Shown: in pieces, positions 8,820 through 17,933 of the stretch
Numbering within the stretch: the first letter of the stretch is position 1
Layout: each line of letters begins with the position of its first letter
From: Thermoactinomyces daqus
GTDB lineage: Bacteria > Bacillota > Bacilli > Thermoactinomycetales > Thermoactinomycetaceae
Length of the DNA: 24,000 nucleotides
Reading direction: 5' to 3'
Assembly: GCF_000763315.1 (NCBI RefSeq)
Contig: NZ_JPST01000036.1
Span: 2,277-26,276 of the forward strand
Notes under the pieces: model-generated
Databases searched by the model: none
Seen by the model: only the letters and a program-made list of their open reading frames with translations
What the model was told of the DNA's origin: nothing
Translations under genes and position numbers: made by a program

Positions 8820-9685
8820 TTGCTGGCAACTCTTCAGGCACTTTTGCAGGGAATTGAGAAGGAAGCTGAAATCATCCGTTACCGCCCCGTATCCGGCGGA
8901 TGCATCAATCGGTCATTTTATGTACAAACCCGGACCCGTGCCTATTTTGTCAAGGTGAATGAACAAATGGATCACCGTTTTTTTCAAGCGGAAGCTCACG
9001 GATTGAAGTTGCTGAAAAAAACAAACACCATCGCCGTTCCTGACGTAATCGGCATCAGCCGGGAAGAAACGGACAATCGCCGTTTCTCGTGTTGGAATGG
9101 ATTGACGGGGAGGAGAGCTTCCGGACCGAGGAGGAGCTCGGGCGGGGGGTGGCCGGGCTGCACCGCCACAGGGGAACGCATTTCGGATTGGAAATGGACA
9201 ATTATCTTGGCATGTTGCCGCAAAAAAACGGCTGGTCAGATGATTGGCCCGCTTTTTACCGTGACCGTCGCCTCGGAGTTCAATTGAAACTCGGACAGAA
9301 AAAAGGCGCCATCTCCCCTCTGCGCTCTCAAAAACTGGAGAGATTGATGGCCCGTCTCGATTCCTTCTTACCGGCTGATGTCACCCCATCCCTGATCCAC
9401 GGAGATTTGTGGAGCGGCAACTGGATGGCTGGTCCCGGCGGACGTCCCTATTTGATCGACCCGGCTGTCCAGTATGCCCATTCCGAGATGGAGCTGGCAT
9501 TTACCGAGCTGTTCGGCGGTTTTTCGCAGCGTTTTTACCGCGCATACACGGAGATGAATCCGCTTGATCCCGGATATGAAGAACGGAAGCCTTTATATCA
9601 GCTTTACTATCTGCTCGTGCACTTAAATATCTTTGGGGAAACCTATGGCCCGGCCGTGGACCGAATTTTGGATTATTATCTTTAA
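8820..9685 (+). pseudogene. Fructosamine/ketosamine kinase family gene with a frameshift near 9075-9090
   Basis: Two overlapping ORFs (8820..9287 and 9089..9685) together make one kinase. The N-terminal part ends ...VIGISREETDNRRF. The second frame continues LVLEWIDGEE...LIHGDLWSGNW...DPAVQYAHSEMELA. Confidence 0.8.
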
Positions 9686-9857
9686 AAATCCCCAACGTGG
9701 TCTCAGGCCGGTTCGCGTTTCTTCACTCCCAATTTTGCTTAACTTTGATGCGGTTGTATATGACAAGACATGAATGATTTCTAACATTATAGTGAAAAAA
9801 TTTCTGACTCACAAGACAGGAAATATTATTCAAGCTTATCCAAGGAGAGGATCAAAC

Positions 9858-10700
9858 TTGCACACCTCCTTCCCGACTGACAGCAAAGAGCAATTGCTGA
9901 GGGAACTCAGCCTGATTCAAAAATGGGAAAAGGATCAAAAAGATTTATGGTTTTGGGAAAAACTCGGTCGTCTTCCCTTTGTGCTTTTGGACCGCATCAC
10001 ACCCAAAGCCGTTCAGGACTTCTTGGGAAAGGTGCTGGATGAGTTGGGAGGCTTTATCCAGACAGGCGGCAAATACTTAATTTCCGAAAAAGAGATCATC
10101 AACGATTTGGAAAAGCACGCAGGTCTCCCGTCCGGCGGGCTCACGCTCGATCAGGTGGCGTCACTTCCTCTCGGTACAATGAATAAAGCGGCAGAAAAAC
10201 TGAAGGAATCCCGGAGCGAATGGGCCATGATCCAAGGAGCCACAACCGGAATCGGCGGCATTTTCACACTGGCGATCGACATCCCGGCTCTGCTCGGTCT
10301 CTCCTTGAAAGTGCTTCAGGAGATGGCTTTGGTTTATGGCTATAATCCCCTGGAAAAAAGGGAACGGATCTTTATCGTCAAGTGTCTCCAGTTCGCTTCA
10401 GCCGATTATGTGGGGAAACAGGCGGTCATTTCGTATTTAACCCGTTTTCAGGAGGGGGAAATCCAGCGGGAATCGATTTCGGAATTACAGGGATGGCGTG
10501 AAGTGGTCGCCACCTATGGCGAAAATTTCGGATGGAAGAAGCTGTTCCAAATGGTTCCCGTCATCGGAATCATCTTTGGCGCGTTTCTGAACCGTTCCAC
10601 GGTAGAAGATGTTGCAGAGGCGGGAATGATGCTGTACCGCAAGCGTCGGATTCTGGAAAAACTTGAGAGTCTCAACGCTGAACGGCATCCGAACCGCTAG
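9858..10700 (+). CDS. EcsC-family protein
   Basis: WEKDQKD...GATTGIGGIFTLAIDIPALLGLSLKVLQEMALVYGYNP parallels B. subtilis EcsC (GGLSGTGGLLLLGADIPAM...LSYGVEV). The start is placed at TTG 9858 after AGGAGAGG. The track ORF begins upstream at 9774. Confidence 0.75.
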   Translation: MHTSFPTDSKEQLLRELSLIQKWEKDQKDLWFWEKLGRLPFVLLDRITPKAVQDFLGKVLDELGGFIQTGGKYLISEKEIINDLEKHAGLPSGGLTLDQVASLPLGTMNKAAEKLKESRSEWAMIQGATTGIGGIFTLAIDIPALLGLSLKVLQEMALVYGYNPLEKRERIFIVKCLQFASADYVGKQAVISYLTRFQEGEIQRESISELQGWREVVATYGENFGWKKLFQMVPVIGIIFGAFLNRSTVEDVAEAGMMLYRKRRILEKLESLNAERHPNR

Positions 10701-10704
10701 AGTA

Positions 10705-10754
10705 ATAAAAAACGGGCCGCGATCCGCTGTTGCGGCGGATGGCCCGTTTTTTGA
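10705..10754. terminator. Bidirectional rho-independent terminator
   Basis: AAAAAACGGGCCGCGATCCGC-tgtt-GCGGCGGATGGCCCGTTTTTT forms a long GC stem with an A-run on one side and a T-run on the other. Confidence 0.75.
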
Positions 10755-10771
10755 TTTTGCATTTGAAACCG

Positions 10772-10885
10772 TTATCTGAGCAATCCAAATATCCAGCGAT
10801 GCAGTGAAGGCCATTTAAATCTCCGCAACCAGAACCATACTTTCCTGAACCACCAAATCCGCCAAATCCACCGAATAATGGCCAT
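10772..10885 (-). CDS. Candidate 37-aa Trp/Arg-rich mini-protein
   Basis: GGGGGTGTATA-ATG opens an ORF encoding MAIIRWIWRIWWFRKVWFWLRRFKWPSLHRWIFGLLR. It ends ~20 nt before the bidirectional terminator. It is not in the track because it is under 60 aa. Confidence 0.3.
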   Translation of the reverse strand: MAIIRWIWRIWWFRKVWFWLRRFKWPSLHRWIFGLLR

Positions 10886-11049
10886 TATACACCCCCGGCA
10901 AACAGGATTCGCTTCATCCTATTCCCATATGTGAAAGGTGGAAGTGCATTCTCCCCATTTCAGCCGATTTTAAACGAATGTTGACTCAAAACAAGCTCCT
11001 CCCCATCCGACCAGTTCCGGATTTGCCCTGTACAGTCAGCAAACATAAA

Positions 11050-11058
11050 TGCTAGAAT
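11050..11058 (+). promoter_or_regulatory. Extended -10 element upstream of the hemolysin III gene
   Basis: TGCTAGAAT is preceded by TGTACA at about -35. This would give a ~120-nt leader. Confidence 0.3.
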
Positions 11059-11183
11059 AGCTAACAACAAGCTGGAAAGGTGTGGGAGGCTTTAAACAAA
11101 ATTGTCTTAAAATAACGAAATCACTCCTGCTGCTCCTTTTGTGAAAGTCCGCATATGATCCTGAACCCACCGGAGGTTATGAA

Positions 11184-11849
11184 ATGAAGCGATTGAAAAT
11201 GAAAGAACCTGTTAATACCTGGACCCATTTCGTCACATTCCTTGCAGCTATTGCCGGTTTGGTGTTTCTGATCAAACTCAGCTGGTTTCACCCCTCCGCA
11301 CTCGTAACGATGACCGTCTACGGTGTGAGTGTCATTTTATTATATGGCGCCAGTTCCCTCTATCATTGGGTATCCACGACTCCGAAAAAAGAGCTTTTCC
11401 TGCGAAAGATGGATCACTGTGCGATTTATCTCTTAATTGCCGGATCCTATACCCCGGTCTTTTATTATGGCTTGGATGGCAATTGGAAATGGATCATGCT
11501 GTCCAGTGTCTGGAGCCTGGCGCTGATCGGGATCGTTTTAAAGGTGTTTTTTATCCACGTCCCCCGCTATATTTCCACGGCATTCTATGTGACACTGGGC
11601 TGGATTGCCTTGATTCCCTTCGTACAACTGATTCATAATTTGCCTGCGGGAGCGATTACCCTGATGGTCGCAGGCGGCGTTTTTTACACGATCGGCGCCA
11701 TCATCTATGCGACCAAGTGTTTTAATTTTTTCCCGAACAAATTCGGTTTCCATGAGATTTTTCATCTGTTTATCATGGCGGGAACCGCTTTTCACTTTGC
11801 GATGATGGTTCTCTATATTCTGCCGATTGGCCTGGAAACCACGCATTGA
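11184..11849 (+). CDS. Hemolysin III / PAQR-family membrane protein
   Basis: The 221-aa product has seven TM segments and conserved His motifs (SSLYHW, HEIFHLFIMAGTAFHF). The start is GGAGG-N7-ATG. Confidence 0.88.
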   Translation: MKRLKMKEPVNTWTHFVTFLAAIAGLVFLIKLSWFHPSALVTMTVYGVSVILLYGASSLYHWVSTTPKKELFLRKMDHCAIYLLIAGSYTPVFYYGLDGNWKWIMLSSVWSLALIGIVLKVFFIHVPRYISTAFYVTLGWIALIPFVQLIHNLPAGAITLMVAGGVFYTIGAIIYATKCFNFFPNKFGFHEIFHLFIMAGTAFHFAMMVLYILPIGLETTH

Positions 11850-11920
11850 ACCTGTTTCACCGCGGATGGATGAATAGATGGCACGCTTTCAATGCACACT
11901 TAATCATGTCGTTTAAAACA

Positions 11921-11951
11921 GAGGAGCATCCTCACGATGAGGACGCTCCTC
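11921..11951. terminator. Hairpin between convergent genes
   Basis: GAGGAGCATCCTCA-cg-TGAGGACGCTCCTC forms the stem. The T-rich tail (TGTTTTAAA) is only on the minus-strand side. Confidence 0.5.
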
Positions 11952-11964
11952 CCAATTTGGCTCC

Positions 11965-13110
11965 TTATTTTGATGTCGTACTGTGTACGGGAACTTTTGC
12001 GCATTCACCGACCAGCTCGACAACCAGTTCTGCCGCTTTTTCCAATTCGGCGATCGGCATTCTCTCTTTGGTTGTATGGATATTTTCATACCCGATCCCC
12101 AGATTGACCGTTGGAATGCCATGGCCGGCAATCACGTTGGCATCGCTGCCTCCGCCGCTTGCAGCAATTTTGGGCGTGCGGCCCACTTTTTCCACGGCAG
12201 CTTTCGCTTTTTTCACGACAACGTCTTCTTCCGTAAATTTAAAACCGGGATACAGCACCTTGGTTTCCACTTCGGCACGTGCGCCAAATTGCTCCGCCGC
12301 CTCTTCAAACGCTTGTACCATATGTTTAACCTGTGCGCGCAGCTTCACTTCATTGCGGCTGCGTGCTTCGGCTACGATCTCCACCCGGTCCGGAACGACA
12401 TTGCTGGCGATGCCGCCCTGAAATTTTCCTATGTTGGCTGTGGTCTCGGCATCAATGCGCCCCAGACGCATTTTTGAGATCGCCCGGCTCGCCACCTGAA
12501 TGGCGCTGATCCCATTTTCGGGATCGACACCGGCATGAGCGGACTTTCCATGAATGGTGGCCAAAATTTTCACCTGCGATGGGGCTGAGGTGATAATCGT
12601 TCCAACCGGCCCGTCCGAATCAAAGGCAAAACCAAAATCGGCATCAACCAGCTTCATCTCCAAATGACGCGAGCCAATCAACCCCGATTCTTCTCCGGCC
12701 GTAATGATCAATTGAATCTGACCGTGAGGCAGTTTTTGTTCCTGCATCACACGCAAGCCTTCCAAAAGAGCGGCAAGTCCGGCTTTATCATCGCTTCCGA
12801 GAATGGTCGTGCCATCGGAAACGATGTAATCTCCCTGAATCGACGGTTTGATCCCCTTACCGGGAGCAACCGTATCCATATGGCATGTAAAATAGATCTT
12901 CGGCGCGCCTTGTATCGTCCTCGGCATCGTGGCAATTAAGTTTCCGGCTCCGTGTCCCGTCAGCTTGGCCGAGTCATCCTCGATCACCTGCAACCCCAGC
13001 GAGGTCAATTTTTCTTTGAGAAGATCACAGATCGCTCTCTCATCACCAGTTTCACTATCCGTTGTCACTAGCTCAATAAATTCATCGATTAGGCGTTGTT
13101 TGTTTATCAA
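11965..13110 (-). CDS. M20-family metallopeptidase (YqjE / peptidase T-like)
   Basis: The metal-ligand motifs CHMDTV, GSDDKAG and TAGEESG are present. The start is placed at TTG 13110 behind GGAGG. The track ORF extends to 13242 through sequence that does not look like protein. Confidence 0.85.
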   Translation of the reverse strand: MINKQRLIDEFIELVTTDSETGDERAICDLLKEKLTSLGLQVIEDDSAKLTGHGAGNLIATMPRTIQGAPKIYFTCHMDTVAPGKGIKPSIQGDYIVSDGTTILGSDDKAGLAALLEGLRVMQEQKLPHGQIQLIITAGEESGLIGSRHLEMKLVDADFGFAFDSDGPVGTIITSAPSQVKILATIHGKSAHAGVDPENGISAIQVASRAISKMRLGRIDAETTANIGKFQGGIASNVVPDRVEIVAEARSRNEVKLRAQVKHMVQAFEEAAEQFGARAEVETKVLYPGFKFTEEDVVVKKAKAAVEKVGRTPKIAASGGGSDANVIAGHGIPTVNLGIGYENIHTTKERMPIAELEKAAELVVELVGECAKVPVHSTTSK

Positions 13111-13234
13111 CGGGGTGCGCCTCCAATCGCTATTTAAATTTCTTCCTATTTTACCACGTTCAAGCCGTTTGTCATGGGAATAATCAAGGCGATAAACGGC
13201 CAAAATACCGGGTATCCGCCAAAAATACCTAATT

Positions 13235-13357
13235 TTAACCAAATAAACCCAACATTGCTGAGAAATTGACGAAAATCAGCACGCCCTTGGAAGAAATCGA
13301 ATGAAATTTTGTGTCCCTGGCGCGGATCAAATTTCCGAAATCTTCTTTTTTATACAT
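13235..13357 (-). CDS. Possible small membrane protein, 40 aa as written and ~70 aa if a 1-nt frameshift is corrected
   Basis: ATG 13357 opens MYKKEDFGNLIRARDTKFHSISSKGVLIFVNFSAMLGLFG*. The adjacent frame continues LKLGIFGGYPVFWPFIALIIPMTNGLNVVK* to 13146. Confidence 0.25.
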   Translation of the reverse strand: MYKKEDFGNLIRARDTKFHSISSKGVLIFVNFSAMLGLFG

Positions 13358-13603
13358 TTTCCCCGATCACCATCGTTTTATTCACCGATGACCCTCATCC
13401 GTGAATCTCCGCCGCAACCATCCTCCGTCCCGTCTGCCGGCGAAGTGCCTTGGCCAAACAGGGCTTGCCCCTGACGGCCAGTTTGGCCTTGACCGAATGG
13501 TATGCCCTGCATACAATCGCGCCACCCGGCCCATCGTTTTCCAACGTGAACGATCCACGGAACCCCGGATAAAGAAAATCTCCTTATTCACTTTATCCCT
13601 CCA

Positions 13604-15151
13604 TTATAACGGAATATTGCCGTGCTTTTTCGGCGGGCGTGTCTCCCGTTTGTTTCGCAGGATCTCCAAGGCGGTTTTTAATTTTTGTCTCGTTTCCCGC
13701 GGATCAATGACATCGTCAACCATTCCATGGGCTGCTGCGATATACGGGTTGGAAAACTTCTCTTTGTATTCTTCGATTCTGCGTTTTCTCGTTTCCTCCG
13801 GATGCTCGCTCTCCTCAATCTCCCTGCTGAAAATGATATTGGCCGCGCCTTCCGCCCCCATGACGGCAATTTCCGCACTGGGCCACGCGTAGACAAGATC
13901 TGCGCCGATCGCTTTGCTGTTGAGCGCCACATACGCCCCGCCGAATGCTTTGCGCAAAATGATCGTAATTTTCGGCACGGTCGCTTCCGAATAAGCGTAC
14001 AGGATTTTGGCGCCATGGCGGATGATCCCGTGATGTTCCTGGTTGACTCCCGGGAAAAAGCCGGTGACATCCACGAAAGTAATGATGGGAATGTTGAAAC
14101 TGTCACAGAAGCGAATAAAGCGGCTCAATTTATCCGATGCATCAATATCCAGGCTTCCTGCCATCACTTTCGGCTGATTGGCGGCAATTCCCACCGTCCG
14201 TCCGCCGATTCTGGCAAATCCGACGACGATATTGCGGGCAAAATCGGGATGAACTTCCATGAAATCCCCTTGATCGACAATCAGTTGGATCACTTGTTTT
14301 ACATCGTAGACCCGGCTGCCGTCAACGGGAACGGCCCCGGCCAGCTCTTCGATCCAGCCATCATCCTCTTTTTCATAGACTCGCGGCGGGTCTTCCATAT
14401 TGTTTTGCGGCAAATAACTCATTAAACGGCGGACTTGTTCCAGCACCTCCGGTTCGGTGGCAGCCGTGAAATGGACGTTGCCGCTCAGGCTGGCATGGAC
14501 TTCGGCTCCCCCCAGCTCTTCTGCGGAAATTTTCTCCTTGGTCACCGCTTCGATTACTTTTGGGCCGGTGATGAACATCTGGCTTGTATTTTGCACCATA
14601 AAGACAAAATCGGTAATCGCCGGAGAATAAACCGCTCCCCCGGCACACGGACCCATGATGACGGAAATCTGCGGAATCACCCCGGAGTAGATCGAATTCC
14701 GGTAAAAAATGTGGCCGTATCCGTCCAGAGAGACAACCCCCTCCTGAATGCGCGCTCCCCCCGAGTCATTGAGTCCGATGACCGGAGCTCCGTTTTTTGC
14801 GGCCAAATCCATCAGGCGGGCGATCTTTAAAGCATGCATCTCTCCCAGCGCACCGCCAAACACGGTAAAATCTTGGGCAAACACATACACATCCCGTCCG
14901 TGGATCTTTCCGTAACCGGTCACCACGCCTTCCCCCGGCGCTTCTGTTTGATCCATGCCAAAATGGGTGGCGCGATGCTCGATAAACGGATTGAGTTCCA
15001 CAAAAGAGCCTTCATCCACCAACAGGTCAATGCGTTCCCTTGCGGTCAGCTTTCCGCGTTTGTGCTGGGAGCGGATCCGCAATTCCCCGCCGCCCTGCTC
15101 AACTTTGGCCCGTTTTTGATTCAGTTCCTCAATCTTTTGATACATATCCAT
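13604..15151 (-). CDS. Acyl-CoA carboxyltransferase (propionyl-CoA carboxylase beta / methylmalonyl-CoA decarboxylase alpha type, YqjD-like)
   Basis: The ~515-aa product is colinear with carboxyltransferase-domain proteins (...GKLTARERIDLL...GGARIQEG...MGPCAGGAVYSPA...). The start is uncertain between 15151 and 15172. Confidence 0.9.
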   Translation of the reverse strand: MDMYQKIEELNQKRAKVEQGGGELRIRSQHKRGKLTARERIDLLVDEGSFVELNPFIEHRATHFGMDQTEAPGEGVVTGYGKIHGRDVYVFAQDFTVFGGALGEMHALKIARLMDLAAKNGAPVIGLNDSGGARIQEGVVSLDGYGHIFYRNSIYSGVIPQISVIMGPCAGGAVYSPAITDFVFMVQNTSQMFITGPKVIEAVTKEKISAEELGGAEVHASLSGNVHFTAATEPEVLEQVRRLMSYLPQNNMEDPPRVYEKEDDGWIEELAGAVPVDGSRVYDVKQVIQLIVDQGDFMEVHPDFARNIVVGFARIGGRTVGIAANQPKVMAGSLDIDASDKLSRFIRFCDSFNIPIITFVDVTGFFPGVNQEHHGIIRHGAKILYAYSEATVPKITIILRKAFGGAYVALNSKAIGADLVYAWPSAEIAVMGAEGAANIIFSREIEESEHPEETRKRRIEEYKEKFSNPYIAAAHGMVDDVIDPRETRQKLKTALEILRNKRETRPPKKHGNIPL

Positions 15152-15214
15152 CTCTCTGTCGCTCCCCATCAAGTTTTATCCTGGATATCCTTTCCACAAG
15201 ATTGGCAAAAGCGT

Positions 15215-15631
15215 TCAATCTTCAACCAAATGATTCGGTTCGCACAGTTCCACCAGAACGCCGCCCGCCTGTTTGGGATGTAAGAAGGCGATATTCATCT
15301 GATGCGCGCCGGGCTTGGGCCTTTCATTGATGAGGCGAACCCCTTTTTCGCGCAGGGCTTTGAGGCGCTCCTCCAATTCCTCCACCTCGAGGGCAATATG
15401 GTGAATTCCTTCTCCAAACCTGGCAATATATTTGGCGATGGCACTGTTTTCCGAAAGCGGTTCCAGCAATTCAATCCGGCTCTCCCCCACTTTAAAAAAG
15501 GCCACCCGTACCTGCTCGCTCTCGACGGTTTCGATCCCCTCCAGCGGCAATTCCAGCACATCTTGATACCAGGAACAGGAAGTGTCGAGATTTTTCACGG
15601 CGATGCCGATGTGGCTGATCTTTTTAGCCAT
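15215..15631 (-). CDS. mce: Methylmalonyl-CoA epimerase (VOC family)
   Basis: The 138-aa product reads ISHIGIAVKNLD...RIELLEP...GEGIHHIALEV. Its ATG lies inside the last codons of the upstream gene, an 8-nt overlap. Confidence 0.88.
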   Translation of the reverse strand: MAKKISHIGIAVKNLDTSCSWYQDVLELPLEGIETVESEQVRVAFFKVGESRIELLEPLSENSAIAKYIARFGEGIHHIALEVEELEERLKALREKGVRLINERPKPGAHQMNIAFLHPKQAGGVLVELCEPNHLVED

Positions 15632-16040
15632 TTTTCATCCCCTCCCTGTCCAAAACGGCTTGGCGAATAAAATCCGCTGTCTCCTTGGTCGTAGTTCCGG
15701 AGGTGAAAATCTCCGCGATTCCCTGCTCTTTTAAAAAAGGGATGTCGGCTTGCGGAATCACACCGCCGCCCACAACAATGATATCCTCCGCTCCCTGTTC
15801 CCTGAGCAGGCGCACCACCTCCGGAAACAGCTCATTATGGGCTCCGGACAGGCAGGATAATCCGATCACATCCACATCCTCCTGAATGGCTGTAGCCACA
15901 ATTTGTGCCGGAGACTGCCGCAAACCGGTATAAATCACTTCCATCCCTTCATCGCGCAGTGCTTGGGCAATGATTAACGCTCCGCGATCATGCCCGTCGA
16001 GCCCCGGCTTTGCCACCAAGACGCGAATTGGTCTGTTCAT
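15624..16040 (-). CDS. Methylmalonyl-CoA mutase, B12-binding small subunit
   Basis: MNRPIRVLVAKPGLDGHDRGA carries the DxHxxG cobalamin-binding motif. The start is the ATG at 16040 after GAGGGAGG. The track ORF carries an unlikely N-terminal extension. Confidence 0.9.
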   Translation of the reverse strand: MNRPIRVLVAKPGLDGHDRGALIIAQALRDEGMEVIYTGLRQSPAQIVATAIQEDVDVIGLSCLSGAHNELFPEVVRLLREQGAEDIIVVGGGVIPQADIPFLKEQGIAEIFTSGTTTKETADFIRQAVLDREGMKNG

Positions 16041-16054
16041 TTTGCTTCCTCCCT

Positions 16055-17698
16055 CTATACCGATTGATATTCGCCGAAAACACCACGGAGTGTATGGCAA
16101 ATTTCACCAACCGTCGCATACGCTTTTACCGCTTCCAGAATTCGTGGCATCAAGTTTTCCGATGTCTGTGCCGCCTGTTTCAGCCGGTCCAGACATGCTT
16201 TCACCTTCCCGGCATCCCGCTGTGAACGGACGCGTTTCAATTTTTCAATCTGCTGTGTGGCGATTTGCGGATCTACCCGCATCAGTCCGGGCTGTTCCTC
16301 CTGCTCCAGCCGGAAACGATTGACGCCGACCACCACTTCTTCACCGGATTCAATCTTCCGCTGGGTATCAAGGGCGGTACGCCGGATCTCCCCTTGCATG
16401 AACCCTTGTTCAATCGCTTGGACAGCCCCGCCCATCGCATCGATCTTTTCAATATATTCAAGTGCCGCCTGTTCAATCTGATCTGTGAGCGCCTCAATGA
16501 AATACGATCCTCCCAACGGATCAACCGTGTCGGCGACTCCGCTTTCGTAAGCGATGATCTGTTGCGTCCTCAGGGCGATACGGGCTGATTCCTCCGTGGG
16601 CAAAGCCAGCGCCTCATCGCGCGAGTTCGTATGCAGGCTTTGCGTTCCCCCCAGCACCGCGGCCAATGCCTGCAGCGTAACCCGGACAATATTGTTATCC
16701 GGCTGTTGCGCGGTGAGGGTGGAACCCCCGGTCTGCGTGTGAAAACGCAATTGTAACGAGCGCTCGTTCGAGGCATGGAAACGCTCCCGCATGATTTTCG
16801 CCCATAACCGCCTCGCTGCCCGGAATTTGGCGATCTCCTCAAAAAAGTGATTGTGCGCGTTGAAGAAAAAAGATAAACGCGGAGCGAATTGATCTACTTC
16901 GAGGCCGGCCTTCAGCGCCGCTTCGACATAGGCGATCCCGTTTGCCAGCGTAAACGCGACTTCCTGAACCGCGGTGGAACCAGCTTCCCGAATGTGATAA
17001 CCGCTGATGCTGATCGTATTCCATTTGGGCACTTCTTTCGCACAATACGCAAAAATATCCGTGATCAGCCGCATCGACGGTTTGGGTGGAAAAATATAAG
17101 TGCCGCGCGCCACATATTCCTTCAAAATATCGTTTTGAATCGTCCCGCGCAGCTGGTGTGGCTTCACTCCTTGTTTTTCTCCGACGGCAATGTACATTGC
17201 CAGCAAAATGGCGGCCGGCGCATTAATCGTCATCGATGTGCTCACTTTATCCAGGGGAATTCCGGCAAACAAGGCTTCCATGTCCTGCAAACTGTCAATC
17301 GCCACTCCGACCTTGCCCACTTCGCCCGTTGCCATCGGATCATCGGAGTCATAACCGATCTGCGTGGGTAAATCAAATGCGACGCTCAGCCCGGTTTGCC
17401 CCTGCTTCAACAGATAGTGAAAGCGCTGGTTTGTCTCCTCCGCAGTTCCGAAACCGGCATATTGACGCATGGTCCACAAGCGGCTTCGGTACATCGTCGG
17501 CCGAATTCCTCTGGTGTACGGAAATTCTCCCGGCAGTTCCTCATCTTCCCGTGCCCTGTCCTCTTTGGTATATAAACGCTTCACTTCGATGCCGGAAAGC
17601 GTAGTAAACGGGTTTTTGCGTTCAGGAGATTTGGCCAATAAAGTCTCCGTTTTCTCTTCCCACTTTTGGATCCGTTCGTTCCATCTCTCTTTCTCCAC
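16055..17698 (-). CDS. Methylmalonyl-CoA mutase, catalytic large subunit
   Basis: The 547-aa product contains [15 protein letters not shown] and [21 protein letters not shown]. The Tyr and Arg at the substrate-specificity positions favour methylmalonyl-CoA mutase over isobutyryl-CoA mutase. The GTG start follows GGAGAGGAG. Confidence 0.92.
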   Translation of the reverse strand: MEKERWNERIQKWEEKTETLLAKSPERKNPFTTLSGIEVKRLYTKEDRAREDEELPGEFPYTRGIRPTMYRSRLWTMRQYAGFGTAEETNQRFHYLLKQGQTGLSVAFDLPTQIGYDSDDPMATGEVGKVGVAIDSLQDMEALFAGIPLDKVSTSMTINAPAAILLAMYIAVGEKQGVKPHQLRGTIQNDILKEYVARGTYIFPPKPSMRLITDIFAYCAKEVPKWNTISISGYHIREAGSTAVQEVAFTLANGIAYVEAALKAGLEVDQFAPRLSFFFNAHNHFFEEIAKFRAARRLWAKIMRERFHASNERSLQLRFHTQTGGSTLTAQQPDNNIVRVTLQALAAVLGGTQSLHTNSRDEALALPTEESARIALRTQQIIAYESGVADTVDPLGGSYFIEALTDQIEQAALEYIEKIDAMGGAVQAIEQGFMQGEIRRTALDTQRKIESGEEVVVGVNRFRLEQEEQPGLMRVDPQIATQQIEKLKRVRSQRDAGKVKACLDRLKQAAQTSENLMPRILEAVKAYATVGEICHTLRGVFGEYQSV

Positions 17699-17723
17699 GC
17701 GGACAATCTCCTCTCCATCTGAA

Positions 17724-17752
17724 ATAAAACGCTTTCACTTCTTAATATAACA
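17724..17752 (-). promoter_or_regulatory. Extended -10 promoter plus a cre-like site upstream of the mutase operon
   Basis: The minus strand has TGTTATATT at 17744-17752. It is followed by TGAAAGCGTTTTAT (17724-17737), which matches about 12 of 14 positions of the CcpA cre consensus TGWAANCGNTNWCA. Confidence 0.35.
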
Positions 17753-17933
17753 AATATTTATCCTGTTTGGATTCTTAATTATTGGCCGATAGATAGACAT
17801 CATCAGAACAGTCGATTAAAATAAATGATTGAGGCCGTCTATTTTCATGTTTTTTTCACTGGAAGTTGATTTATACTGATTAGTGAAAACGCTGTAGCAA
17901 AGCGCGGATGAAAGAGGAAAGCGGGTGTGAAAC

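Noticed and set aside
10485-10814. A 109-aa minus-strand ORF overlapping the 3' end of the EcsC gene.
   Set aside because: It reads straight through the bidirectional terminator and is antisense to a supported gene. The shorter 37-aa ORF in another frame explains the local signals better.
13382-13892. Track ORFs 13382..13591 (-) and 13401..13892 (+), considered as real genes. I also tried to assign the region to a known riboswitch class.
   Set aside because: The + ORF is antisense to the carboxyltransferase 3' end, and the minus ORF has an implausible composition. Partial resemblances to the T-box (GGGTGG-CGCG), ykkC (GGGGTTCCG), c-di-GMP-I (CAGGGCATACCATTCGG) and glycine (AGGGGCAAG) motifs each lack the rest of the respective consensus. 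No class was assigned.
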